The notes beneath the pieces are model-generated. The model searched no databases. It saw only the letters and a program-made list of their open reading frames with translations, and was not told the DNA's origin. 64,000 nt of DNA. Origin: Microcoleus sp. (GTDB lineage: Bacteria > Cyanobacteriota > Cyanobacteriia > Cyanobacteriales > Microcoleaceae). Where the stretch lies: positions 288,001-352,000 of the forward strand of contig JAYFMW010000006.1 of the NCBI GenBank assembly GCA_042408215.1. The letters are read 5' to 3'. Made by a program: the position numbers and the translations under genes. Shown one piece after another: positions 40,723 to 51,040 of the stretch; the first letter of the stretch is position 1, and each line of letters opens with the position of its first letter.

Positions 40723-41802
40723 ATGTCAAAACTAGAACTAAAAAACCTCAATAAAACCTACAACCCCAAAGTTGTTCCCGTAAAAGACATTAGTTTAGAT
40801 GTCAGCGAAGGAGAATTTCTGACACTACTGGGGCCGTCGGGGTGCGGCAAATCCACGACACTGCGGTTGATTGCAGGATTGGAACAGCCGACTAGGGGCG
40901 AGATTAGAATCGGCGATCGCAATGTCACTGATCTCAGACCGGGCGATCGGGATATCGCAATGGTTTTTCAAAGTTACGCGCTGTACCCACACATGACAGT
41001 ATACGAAAATATGGCATCAAGTCTCAAAATTCGCAAAATTTCCTCTGCCGAAATCAACAGATTAGTGACGGAAGTTGCACAATCCCTCGGATTGACAGAA
41101 TTAGTCGATCGCAAACCGGGTCAACTATCAGGAGGACAGCGGCAGCGAGTCGCCCTCGGACGCGCTTTAGTGCGCCAGCCGGCGGTGTTTTTGCTAGACG
41201 AACCTTTGAGCAATCTCGATGCTTTATTGCGGGAAAAAGTTAGGGGAGAACTCAAACAATTGTTTGCGTCACAAAAAGCCCCTGTAGTTTACGTTACTCA
41301 CGACCAAACAGAAGCCATGACACTTTCTACAAAAATCGCAGTTCTCAACAACGGTAGCCTACAGCAGTTAGACCCGCCACACCTAATTTATACCCGTCCA
41401 GCCAATCAATTTGTAGCAGGTTTTGTGGGCAGTCCGCAGATGAATTTGCTAGTGCTTAAATGTCAGGGCAATTTTGCGATGTTGGGCAATTTTCCAGTCC
41501 CCTTGCCGAATCTGCCGACGGTGCCGCCAGAAATTGTGCTGGGAATTCGCCCGGAGCACGTCAGTTTTGCTGAGGGGACGGAGGCGGGCGAGACAACCAT
41601 TAAAGGCGAGGTTTATTTAGTGGAAAATCTGGGAATGCAGAATTTAGTTAGCATCCGAGTTAAAGGTTTGGAGTCAGTAACAGTGCGGGCTTTGCAGCCT
41701 GGTGACAAAAATTGGAATTCGTCCATTGTCGAGCTAATTTTTCCGCCTCGGTTAATACATTGGTTTGATGTCAAGACTGGCGATCGACTTCCGGATTTTT
41801 GA
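40723..41802 (+). CDS. Sugar ABC transporter ATP-binding protein (MalK-like)
   Basis: GPSGCGKST, LSGGQRQR, LLDEPLSNLD, FVGSP. Confidence 0.95.
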   Translation: MSKLELKNLNKTYNPKVVPVKDISLDVSEGEFLTLLGPSGCGKSTTLRLIAGLEQPTRGEIRIGDRNVTDLRPGDRDIAMVFQSYALYPHMTVYENMASSLKIRKISSAEINRLVTEVAQSLGLTELVDRKPGQLSGGQRQRVALGRALVRQPAVFLLDEPLSNLDALLREKVRGELKQLFASQKAPVVYVTHDQTEAMTLSTKIAVLNNGSLQQLDPPHLIYTRPANQFVAGFVGSPQMNLLVLKCQGNFAMLGNFPVPLPNLPTVPPEIVLGIRPEHVSFAEGTEAGETTIKGEVYLVENLGMQNLVSIRVKGLESVTVRALQPGDKNWNSSIVELIFPPRLIHWFDVKTGDRLPDF

Positions 41803-42133
41803 ATCCTGTCAAATCAGTTGAATATCTTGCATCGAGGGATAATTAGGAGGCAGATTCTCCGTCGTTGCATTCCCCGTCAGAGCCTGGTAACGATACTTAT
41901 GAAACTAGCCATAAACACAATTAAGCTATTAATCAAATTAGCGAAATCTACAAGAAAAATTTTCAGCAAGAGTCGGTGCTGCTGGCAACCAGCGAAGTCA
42001 AAGTCTCTTTCTATTTTTTTACTTGACTCAGGCAGTTTTATGATATCATTGACGTAATTCAAGGTCATGCTCTCAAAAACAACAAGGGTGCAGGTGCTGT
42101 GAAAAATCATAGTTTGTGGGTATCGATCGCACC

Positions 42134-42400
42134 ATGCAAAAAATATCTAGTAAAACCGGCCCGGGAGAAAACAAAAACATGATGAACGACGCCAATCAAA
42201 AAGATGAACCGCCTGAAAGCGAGGATGTGAAAAATTTGGATGCCCTAGGGAAAGCTTTTATTGTGCAAATGGCTTGGTCTTACGCAGAGGCATTAGAGCG
42301 CACCCAACAAAAACACGATCAAAATCAACAGGAACCAGCGCCGGAATCTCAACCAGAATCTGAGGCGGAACCAGTCGATCGCCCTTGTGAAAAAAATTAA
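42134..42400 (+). CDS. Small hypothetical protein
   Basis: ORF only, acidic and low complexity; start uncertain. Confidence 0.35.
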   Translation: MQKISSKTGPGENKNMMNDANQKDEPPESEDVKNLDALGKAFIVQMAWSYAEALERTQQKHDQNQQEPAPESQPESEAEPVDRPCEKN

Positions 42401-42725
42401 TGATTAGACTAAGCTCTCCCGCATCTAAATTGTATTTTTGGGGCGGGCGGGACACCCCACAAGAAAATTTAATTTTTGTGGAACAAGCCGAAAACCCTGT
42501 TCCTGACAGAGGTGCAAGATGTCAGAAAAATCAACTCACTGACAGCGAACTGTTCCGATACAGCCGGATTTGAGCCGATGGGGAATTCGGCAAATTTCCT
42601 GGCATCAGAGCGATTGTGATGAGTGCTTAAATCTATTTCCATCCCCAAAAGGGATTTAAACTAAACAATGTACGGTTTTACCGTTACAGTGTACAAAAGA
42701 AATCACCAATTTTGATCTCGGTCTC

Positions 42726-43241
42726 ATGTCTAATTCAAAAATGATTGGCAAAGCGATCGCAGGTGGCATAAGCTTCGGCATCCTCGCCAGCTTCAACGCC
42801 TCACTCGGCCCCGTATCCGCAGCCGCAGCCGCACCAAAAATTGCCGAAGTAGCCGCCCCGGCCACCAGCAACATCGACCAGCAACTTCTAGGCCAATGGC
42901 AAGGAACAATCCCTTCGGGTCAGTCTTTCACCTTCGTCTTTGCCCCAGAAGGCAAATTGTTTATGATGGCTAAAGGCCCCGACGGGGCAGCCCGCGCCAA
43001 AGAAATGAGGTACAAAGTGAATTTCGGTGCCAAACCAATGCACTTGGATTTCGGTCTCAGCAATACAGAAACAGTTCAGACTGTTTTTGAATTGACTCCC
43101 GAAGGTCAAATGCGCCTCCAATTGCAAGGCACTAATCCCGGACAGCCCAGACCTAATTCCTTGAATGCTGAGGCCACTGTGTTTAAAAAGGTTTCTGAAG
43201 CAACTGCATTGCCTGCTGATACTCAAGTCATCGGTTTCTGA
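42726..43241 (+). CDS. Hypothetical secreted beta-rich protein
   Basis: Signal-like N-terminus; QLLGQWQG lipocalin-like motif. Confidence 0.7.
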   Translation: MSNSKMIGKAIAGGISFGILASFNASLGPVSAAAAAPKIAEVAAPATSNIDQQLLGQWQGTIPSGQSFTFVFAPEGKLFMMAKGPDGAARAKEMRYKVNFGAKPMHLDFGLSNTETVQTVFELTPEGQMRLQLQGTNPGQPRPNSLNAEATVFKKVSEATALPADTQVIGF

Positions 43242-43363
43242 TCAAAGTAGAAGTTTTCTGCCTTCAACAGGCACTCAAGAGCTAAAAAACAGTGACTTTG
43301 GATCGAGAAAACTATTGCAATTATTGTGGGGTGGGCACTTATATTCCGCCCCAAAGATGTTAT

Positions 43364-43661
43364 AAAGAATACCCTGAAAACCCTGTGACTTTAGTCCAGG
43401 GATGAAAGGGCGTTGCAGGATTTATCCAGCCAGCCCTCTTTATGCAAGACACAAACCACATTCTGTTACCATAAAAATGTGGGATGGATACACAGACGCA
43501 GGTCTGGGAAGCAAATGCCTACCACAAGTAGCCATAGACTCAGCAATGGGCGAGTGGGTAGTGGGTTATTGACAAACCCTTTAAGAAGCAAGATTTGGGT
43601 GGATTCATCCCCCAAAGTTTGTCCTTAAGAATCCCCGTGTCTTTAGACCGGGGAGTGTCAA
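43364..43661 (+). mobile_element. Protein-less IS200/IS605 mini-element with a putative omegaRNA
   Basis: Left hairpin AAACCCTGTGACTTTAGTCCAGGGATGAAAGGGCG after TTAT; right end GAATCCCCGTGTCTTTAGACCGGGGAGTGTCAA, similar to element A. Confidence 0.8.
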
Positions 43662-43721
43662 TTAGATGTGGAACAGATTACAATCCACTTAATCTTCCTT
43701 TAATTTCTGTACTAGACCTCC

Positions 43722-45773
43722 ATGAGTGAAACCGTCCTAGAAGTTCGCAACCTGCGGGTTCAATTTCCATCTGCGGATGCAGGCGATGCGTCTGCAACAA
43801 TCAAAGCAGTTGACGGCATTTCCTTTGAGGTGAAGCGAGGCCAAACCCTGGGAATCGTGGGAGAATCGGGGTCAGGAAAATCCGTCACTTCCCTAGCTAT
43901 TATGGGTTTGCTGTCGAGTTTTTCAACTGAAATTTCGGGGGAAATTTGGTTCTCTTCGGCAACAGACAATGCTAGCAATCAGCCGGTAAATCTGCTGGAA
44001 ATCCCGGAAAGGGAAAAACAAACATACCGGGGCAGTCAGATTGCCACGATTTTTCAAGAGCCGATGAGTTCGCTAAATCCCGTCTACACCATTGGATTTC
44101 AACTGACAGAAGCGATTTGTCTGCACCAAAATGTATCCCAAATTTCAGCACGACGGAAGGCTGCTTCTCTGCTGCAAGAGGTGAAGCTGCTACCTGACGA
44201 TGGGGAACTAAAACAGCGGTGTTTAGCCAAAATGCAAGAGCATTCAGGGGCCGAGTCTGGGAAGGAAGCAGCAGCAGGAGATTCACGGGATTTGATGCAG
44301 CGGATCAACAGGGAAAAACAGGCTATACTCGATCGCTACCCCCACGAATTATCCGGCGGCCAAATTCAGCGGGTGATGATTGCAATGGCGATTTCTTGCA
44401 ATCCGACTTTATTAATTGCAGACGAACCAACAACAGCTTTAGACGTCACCGTACAAGCAACTATCTTGGCTTTGCTGCGGGAGTTGCGGGACTCTAGAGG
44501 CATGGCAATGATTTTTATTACCCACGATTTGAGCGTCATTGCTGAAATTGCTGATACGGTGGCCGTGATGTATCGAGGTCAAATTGTTGAATGTGGCAAC
44601 ATCGAACAAATTTTTAGTAATCCGATCCATCCTTACACAAAAGGTCTATTAGCTTGCCGCCCAACTCTGGAGAAGCAATTGCGCCGCTTGCCGACGGTTT
44701 CTGATTTTATGGATGTCACCACGAATGCCAGCGGTGAATTAGTAATAGTCGAGAAAAATATTGATTTAGACGGTGAAAATAGCGGGGGACAGTCCGCTTT
44801 TGCTACAGGAAGAGCGCCGATGCTACCGAATATTTCCGGGGCTTTGCTGACTGTTAATAACTTGCGAGTTGGTTTCCCGGTAAAGGGAATTTTTGGGGAA
44901 ACAAAAAGCCTATTTATGGCGGTGAATGATATTTCTTTTGAGGTTTATCCAGGGGAGACTTTGGGTTTAGTGGGTGAGTCGGGCTGCGGCAAATCTACTT
45001 TGGCGAGAGCTTTGCTGCAATTAATTCCGATCGCTAGCGGTGAAGTGTTTTTTGAAGGTCAAGAAATTACGCCTCCTGCTTATAATATTTCTCAATGGCG
45101 GTGGATGGCTAATTATCGGATACAAAAACAGTATGCTCGCAAGTTGCGGTGGCTGCGCCGGGATCTGCAAATTATTTTTCAAGACCCTTTTAGTTCTCTC
45201 GATCCCCGGCTGAATGTTGGGGAGGCGGTGATGGAACCGATGGTGATTCATCGCTTTGGTAAGAGTCAGAAAGAACAGCGGGATCGGGCAGCTTATTTGT
45301 TAGATAGAGTGGGTTTAAATCCCGATTTTATGCAGCGTTATCCTCACGAGTTTTCGGGGGGTCAGCGGCAGCGAGTTTGTATTGCTAGAGCTTTGGCTTT
45401 GAATCCTAAGTTTATTATTTGTGATGAGTCTGTTTCGGCCTTGGATGTGTCGGTACAGGCGCAAGTTTTAAATTTGTTGAAGGAATTGCAGACAGAGTTT
45501 GGACTGACTTATATTTTTATTTCTCACGATTTGGGCGTGGTGAAGTTTATGAGCGATCGGGCGATCGTGATGAACAAGGGTAAAATCGAAGAAATTGGCA
45601 CAGCAGAGCGTATTTACCGCCAGCCACAGCAAGCTTACACGCGACAACTTATTGCTGCTATTCCGGCGGGGAATTTGGAGCGAATTCGGGAACAGCAATT
45701 AGGGCGCAAGACTTATTTGTCCGCTACGGATGCTTCCCCCCTATCGCCAACCGATGAGTCTCAACACGCTTGA
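43722..45773 (+). CDS. Peptide/nickel-type ABC transporter ATP-binding protein with duplicated ATPase domains
   Basis: Two Walker A motifs (GESGSGKS, GESGCGKS); YPHELSGGQ and YPHEFSGGQ. Confidence 0.95.
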   Translation: MSETVLEVRNLRVQFPSADAGDASATIKAVDGISFEVKRGQTLGIVGESGSGKSVTSLAIMGLLSSFSTEISGEIWFSSATDNASNQPVNLLEIPEREKQTYRGSQIATIFQEPMSSLNPVYTIGFQLTEAICLHQNVSQISARRKAASLLQEVKLLPDDGELKQRCLAKMQEHSGAESGKEAAAGDSRDLMQRINREKQAILDRYPHELSGGQIQRVMIAMAISCNPTLLIADEPTTALDVTVQATILALLRELRDSRGMAMIFITHDLSVIAEIADTVAVMYRGQIVECGNIEQIFSNPIHPYTKGLLACRPTLEKQLRRLPTVSDFMDVTTNASGELVIVEKNIDLDGENSGGQSAFATGRAPMLPNISGALLTVNNLRVGFPVKGIFGETKSLFMAVNDISFEVYPGETLGLVGESGCGKSTLARALLQLIPIASGEVFFEGQEITPPAYNISQWRWMANYRIQKQYARKLRWLRRDLQIIFQDPFSSLDPRLNVGEAVMEPMVIHRFGKSQKEQRDRAAYLLDRVGLNPDFMQRYPHEFSGGQRQRVCIARALALNPKFIICDESVSALDVSVQAQVLNLLKELQTEFGLTYIFISHDLGVVKFMSDRAIVMNKGKIEEIGTAERIYRQPQQAYTRQLIAAIPAGNLERIREQQLGRKTYLSATDASPLSPTDESQHA

Positions 45774-46493
45774 TTTATCTGAAATTAGAAGGTAAAATGC
45801 CAGATTTTATCTTCAATTCAGCCTGCTGAATTCCTGTTTTTGTCTTCGAGCTAGAGAAGCTCAGATTAAACAGGACTAAGGTCAACTGTCACACTTAAAT
45901 CAGCTTATAGGGTGCGTCAGACGAAGTTACATCAAATCCTCTCTTCATCGGAATTATTCATCTCTCTCCGATCTCCCTCTGCGTTCTCTGCGTCCTAGAA
46001 AGGTTAAATCATTCCGATACAACCGGAAACGAAGTTATAGATCGACATAATCAGGGTTTGAGCTTCCGGGGCACCTTACTAATTGTGACACTTGCGTCCA
46101 GGACTATTAAACATTAATATATTCGACCAAATATCTAATAGACAGATCGCACAGTTAGTGCTATTTTAGATATCAAAGTAAATTTTTATATGTACGTTAT
46201 TGAATAATAGAGGACTTAGGCATTGTAACGGTGTTACAAGGGTTTGAGATTCTTCGTTTCACTCAGAATGACATAATTAGGTTGTTAATGCGTAAGTCCT
46301 GTAATAGATCGCCCACCCAAAAGTCGGTAAATTGCGAATTCCGTAAATATACTGAAATCGGTTACATAGTTGCGTAAATTTACGCAAAATGTCAAAGAGT
46401 AGATTTCACAAGCGAGAAAACATTGACAATATTTAAACATTTTGATTGCGGTTTGTGAATCAGCAAAAATCAACCAAAATTCAGAGTAAGACC

Positions 46494-49400
46494 ATGAAAA
46501 ATAGCATTCCTAGTTTATTCTCAACTTGGAGAATCCTACAGCTTTTATCAAAATGGTTCCCCATAACACGCAACCGTCATAACTTGTACAAGAGTAAACT
46601 GGTAATTACATTTTTAGCAGTTGTAGCAGCAGCAAAGATTGTCTATTCGGCGGTATCGGCGCGGTGGAATGCTACAACTGCTGCGAAAAAAGATCGCCCA
46701 TCCAGCGAATTAGATGCCAAAGAGCGCTTTTTTACCCTCTCGTTAGAGATGCTATGCGTGATTGGTTTCGACGGTTATTTTAAACTAATCAATCCCACAA
46801 CCACAAAATTCCTCGGCTATTCCGAAGCCGAACTTTTAGCGAAACCCTTCATTGAATTTGTACATCCAGAAGATCGAGAAGCTACTTTTAAAAAAGTTGA
46901 AAGTATTGCTGCGAGTAATTGTACTATTGAATTGGAAAACCGCTACTGCTGCAAAGACGGTTCTTACAAGTGGATATCCTGGACTATTAGTCCTGTTCTA
47001 GAAGAGGAATTGATGTATGCTGTCGGCCGCGACATCACCGGTTCACTGTTAGAAAGTATACTTGAAAGCACCGCAGACTTAATTTTTGTCAAGGATACTC
47101 AGGGTAGGTATGTCTCGCTAAACTCCAAAACAGCCGCTTTTTTTGGCAAGTCAAAAGCAGAGGTTATCGGCCAAAAAGACACCGGTTTTTTTTCACCTAA
47201 AATCGTTGCTAAACTTGTAGAGATAGACCGCCGAGTTATCCACTCTGGTATGGAGGAAACCGTCGAGGAATTAGTAGAAGACATTGACGGCAACTTTCAG
47301 ACATATCTTACAATTAAAAGTCCGTGGCGAAACAGAGAAGGAAATATAATTGGTGTAGTAGGAGTTGCTCGCGACATTAGCGATCGCAAAATCGCAGAAG
47401 AAAAACTGCGACAGAAAGAAGAATTTTTGCGTAGCATTTACGACGGCGTGGACTACATCATTTTCGTAGTAGATGTCGGTGAAGACGGAGAGTTTCGCTA
47501 CGCCGGATTGAACCCAGCCGCAGAGTTACTGAGTGGAATCAGCAGCGAGGAAGCGTGCGGCAAAACTCCACAAGAACTTTTTGGAACACCGACAGGAACT
47601 TTTTTCTGGCAAAAATTAAGAGAATGTCTCGAAAAAGAGAGTTCAATTTCCTACGAAGCGATCGCTAATTTTGATGCTACAGAAGTGCGTTGTTTGATGA
47701 ATACTCTGACTCCGCTGCGGGACGAATCGGGGAAAATTTATCGCATTGTCGGTAGTTGCACCGAAATTACAGATCGCAAACAAGCAGAACAATCTTTAGC
47801 AGAACAATTGAAACTTTCTGTATTCAGAGCAGATGTGGGAATTGCTCTGACAGAAAACCAAATTTTACCTGTAACTTTGCAAAAGTGCTGCGATGCTGTT
47901 GTGCGGCATTTGGATGCTGCTTTTGCTCGGATTTGGATTCTGAATGAAGACGAAAATGTATTAGAACTGCAAGCAAGCGCGGGGATGTACACTCATATTA
48001 ACGGTGCTCACAGCCACATTCCAGTGGGTGACTTTAAGATTGGTTTAATAGCTAAACAGCGAAAACCCCACCTGACGAATACTGTTATAGAAGATCCCCG
48101 TGTCAGCGACAAAGAATGGGCAGAACGAGAGGGAATGGTAGCTTTTGCCGGATATCCGCTGATTGTTGACAATCAGTTAGTGGGAGTAATTGCGATGTTT
48201 TGTCGCCACGAGTTGAACGAATTAACGCTGATTGCTTTAGCATCCATAGCAGATGCGATCGCCCTGGGAATTAAACGCAAACAAACAGAAGTTGCTCTAG
48301 CGAAACAACAGCAAACTTTGAGGGTAATTATTGACAATGCTCCCATCTGGGTATGGATGACCAATATTAACGGGCGGATGTTATTAGTTAACAAAACTTT
48401 TTCCGAAGATGTTGCTATTCCTGAAGATAAATTTTTGGCAGCAACTCACTATTCAGAATTTTTTGGAGTAGAAGCATCTGCTAACTGCATGGCATCTGAC
48501 TTGCAAGCGTGGAGTCAAGATACTCCGTCTTATTCTGAGGAAGTTCTGCAACTTGCTGACGGTGAAGAACATTATTTGGAGACAATAAAAACTCAGATAA
48601 AAGATGCTTCTGGCAATTCGATCGGCTTGATCGGTTTGGGTTTGGATGTGACGCAGGAAAGAGAATCTCAAAGAAAATTGCAAGAGTCGGAAGCGAGATT
48701 CCGCAAATTAGCTGAGCAGGAAGCGCTGCTGAACCAACTAGCGAGCAATATCCGTGCTTCTCTGGATTTGGATACTATTTTGGCAACTACTGTGCAGCAG
48801 ATTCGCGAGTTGCTGCAAGTCGATCGCTGTCTGTTTGTTTGGTATGAACCCGACGCTTCGCCGCCGGTTTGGAATGTGACATACGAGGCAAAAAATCCTG
48901 ATTTGCCCTCGCTTTTAGGTTTATATCCTACCGATGCTACTGGTTCTCACTCTGAACAGATTGCCAATTTGGAAATAATTCGGATCGATGATTTTGATAC
49001 TGCTACCGCTTCGGTAGAACGGGATTTTTTCATCTCTATAGGATTCAATTCTCTGCTGGACATTCCGATTCAGACACCTTCGAGTCAAATTGGCCTGATT
49101 TGCTGCACTACTTGCGGCGTCCCGCGGCACTGGAGTGACGATGAAGTCGAACTGTTAGTGGCAGTGGGGAATCAATTAACTATTGCGATTAACCAAGCAG
49201 AACTCTACACTCAAAGCGTAGATTCAGCTCGGATAGCACAAGAACAAGCTAAACAGCTAGAAGTGACTTTGTGCGAACTCCAGCAAGCTCAAACTCAGCT
49301 CGTTCAAGCCGAAAAAATGTCGAGTCTCGGTCAGATGGTAGCAGGAATTGCCCACGAAATCAATAATCCGGTCAGCTTTATTTTCGGCAATCTTACTTAT

Positions 49401-50120
49401 ACAGAGGAATACACCGGAAGTCTGATGAAACTGCTGCAAATGTATCAAGATGAATTCCCGGAAACATCGCCAGCAATTCGGGATGCCATTGATGCGTTAG
49501 AATTAGATTTCTTGCTAGACGACTTGCCGAAAATGATTTCTTCGATGAAGGTGGGAGCCACTCGCATTCGGGATATCGTGCGGAGTTTGCGGAGTTTTTC
49601 TCGCCTTGATGAATCTGACATGAAAAGTGTTAACCTTCACGAAGGCATCGACAGCACTTTGATGATTTTAGAACACCGACTTAAAGCTCTGTCCGTTAGC
49701 GTAGCGGGTACGGAGTACCATCGCCCACTAATTCAAGTTGTTAAAGAATACGGAGAATTGCCACAGGTGGAGTGCTACGCCGGATTGTTAAATCAGGTGT
49801 TTATGAATATGCTCGCTAACGCTATTGACGCTTTAGAAGAGCAGAAGTCAAATCCGGGAATAATCCGTATTCGTACAGAGGTAGAAGGTAGTTTTGTGGC
49901 GATCGCGATTTCTGACAACGGTGTAGGGATAACAGAGAAAGTCAAGCAGCGGATATTTGACCCATTTTTTACTACAAAGGCGATCGGTTCGGGGACTGGG
50001 ATGGGTTTGGCGATTTCCCATTCAATTGTTGTCGAAAAACATCAAGGTGAAATCAATTGTATTTCCGCTGTAGGGAAAGGAACTGAATTTATAATTAAGA
50101 TTCCAATTGTTAGTCATTAG
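46494..50120 (+). CDS. Multi-PAS/GAF sensor histidine kinase
   Basis: Several PAS domains, two GAF domains, AGIAHEINNP, NQVFMNMLANAIDA and GTGMGL; ATG at 46494. Confidence 0.93.
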   Translation: MKNSIPSLFSTWRILQLLSKWFPITRNRHNLYKSKLVITFLAVVAAAKIVYSAVSARWNATTAAKKDRPSSELDAKERFFTLSLEMLCVIGFDGYFKLINPTTTKFLGYSEAELLAKPFIEFVHPEDREATFKKVESIAASNCTIELENRYCCKDGSYKWISWTISPVLEEELMYAVGRDITGSLLESILESTADLIFVKDTQGRYVSLNSKTAAFFGKSKAEVIGQKDTGFFSPKIVAKLVEIDRRVIHSGMEETVEELVEDIDGNFQTYLTIKSPWRNREGNIIGVVGVARDISDRKIAEEKLRQKEEFLRSIYDGVDYIIFVVDVGEDGEFRYAGLNPAAELLSGISSEEACGKTPQELFGTPTGTFFWQKLRECLEKESSISYEAIANFDATEVRCLMNTLTPLRDESGKIYRIVGSCTEITDRKQAEQSLAEQLKLSVFRADVGIALTENQILPVTLQKCCDAVVRHLDAAFARIWILNEDENVLELQASAGMYTHINGAHSHIPVGDFKIGLIAKQRKPHLTNTVIEDPRVSDKEWAEREGMVAFAGYPLIVDNQLVGVIAMFCRHELNELTLIALASIADAIALGIKRKQTEVALAKQQQTLRVIIDNAPIWVWMTNINGRMLLVNKTFSEDVAIPEDKFLAATHYSEFFGVEASANCMASDLQAWSQDTPSYSEEVLQLADGEEHYLETIKTQIKDASGNSIGLIGLGLDVTQERESQRKLQESEARFRKLAEQEALLNQLASNIRASLDLDTILATTVQQIRELLQVDRCLFVWYEPDASPPVWNVTYEAKNPDLPSLLGLYPTDATGSHSEQIANLEIIRIDDFDTATASVERDFFISIGFNSLLDIPIQTPSSQIGLICCTTCGVPRHWSDDEVELLVAVGNQLTIAINQAELYTQSVDSARIAQEQAKQLEVTLCELQQAQTQLVQAEKMSSLGQMVAGIAHEINNPVSFIFGNLTYTEEYTGSLMKLLQMYQDEFPETSPAIRDAIDALELDFLLDDLPKMISSMKVGATRIRDIVRSLRSFSRLDESDMKSVNLHEGIDSTLMILEHRLKALSVSVAGTEYHRPLIQVVKEYGELPQVECYAGLLNQVFMNMLANAIDALEEQKSNPGIIRIRTEVEGSFVAIAISDNGVGITEKVKQRIFDPFFTTKAIGSGTGMGLAISHSIVVEKHQGEINCISAVGKGTEFIIKIPIVSH

Positions 50121-50121
50121 T

Positions 50122-50267
50122 TTACGGGCGGGCTAGAAGCCCACCCCACAAGAAATAAATGAAATGCTTGTGGAACAGGCATCTTGCTTGTTACGGGCGG
50201 GCTAGAAGCCCACCCCACAAGAAATAAATGAAATGCTTGTGGAACAGGCCGAAAAGCCTGTTACGGG
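50122..50267. repeat. 69-bp tandem duplication of a GTGG-REP pair (BIME-like) between convergent genes
   Basis: TTACGGGCGGGCTAGAAGCCCACCCCACAAGAAATAAATGAAATGCTTGTGGAACAGGC occurs twice. Confidence 0.85.
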
Positions 50268-50268
50268 C

Positions 50269-50862
50269 TTATTGCATCGGCCCCAAATACTTAGTTAAAT
50301 AAGGCGAAAAAACCTCATAAATCAGAGTCAATGGCTTACCACGATGCCAAAACAAATAGTGTCGCCCCCAAAAAGGGCCCGACTGTTCAAAAGCTGATTC
50401 CAAAGCAGCCGAATTACCCAAATAAATGCCTTGGACATCCCGATACAATTCTGTCCGCAGTCGCGCTAAACTTGCCCAAATTGGCAAAGATTTATTTTGC
50501 AAATATTCATCTACATGACTCGCTTCCCACCAAGAAGTAGCATAGGCCAAACGCTGTCCAGAAGCAGTCCGCAGCCACACTTGTCGGCGCAGACGAGGCC
50601 CCGGAACCGCGACAATCTGCTCCGGTGCGCCGTCTGCATCCGCACCAACTAAGGACATATCTATGACATCAACTTCTGTGGGTTCCCCTGTCAGCAGTTG
50701 CAGGTGACGGGTGGGGGAACCGTCGCCTAGGAGCAGTATTTGCCATGCCGGTGCTAGCTTGGTGTGGGGTAAACCCTTCTGTACTGCGTCTTCTGCTCCT
50801 TGCCATAGGGGGCTCAGAGCGTGCCAGGTGAGGCTGTTTTTGGGTGTGAATGTTGCAGTCAA
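50269..50862 (-). CDS. ubiC: Chorismate pyruvate-lyase (cyanobacterial UbiC, DUF98-like)
   Basis: LLGDGSPTRHL, RRQVWL, LAYATSWW, IYEVFSP. Confidence 0.85.
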   Translation of the reverse strand: MTATFTPKNSLTWHALSPLWQGAEDAVQKGLPHTKLAPAWQILLLGDGSPTRHLQLLTGEPTEVDVIDMSLVGADADGAPEQIVAVPGPRLRRQVWLRTASGQRLAYATSWWEASHVDEYLQNKSLPIWASLARLRTELYRDVQGIYLGNSAALESAFEQSGPFWGRHYLFWHRGKPLTLIYEVFSPYLTKYLGPMQ

Positions 50863-51040
50863 GGGTCTTTACAAAACTTAATTTTTTGTTGATTATAACG
50901 TTTCTCTAATCTAAAATCGAAAGTCGATCGCCATAACTCGATCGCCCATATCCTGTCCGGTGAAATAGTTATAATACTTTTGTTCGACTTTTGAGAACCC
51001 GGAAATAAAACGCGATCGCCGTTTATTGAGTGTAATAAAT

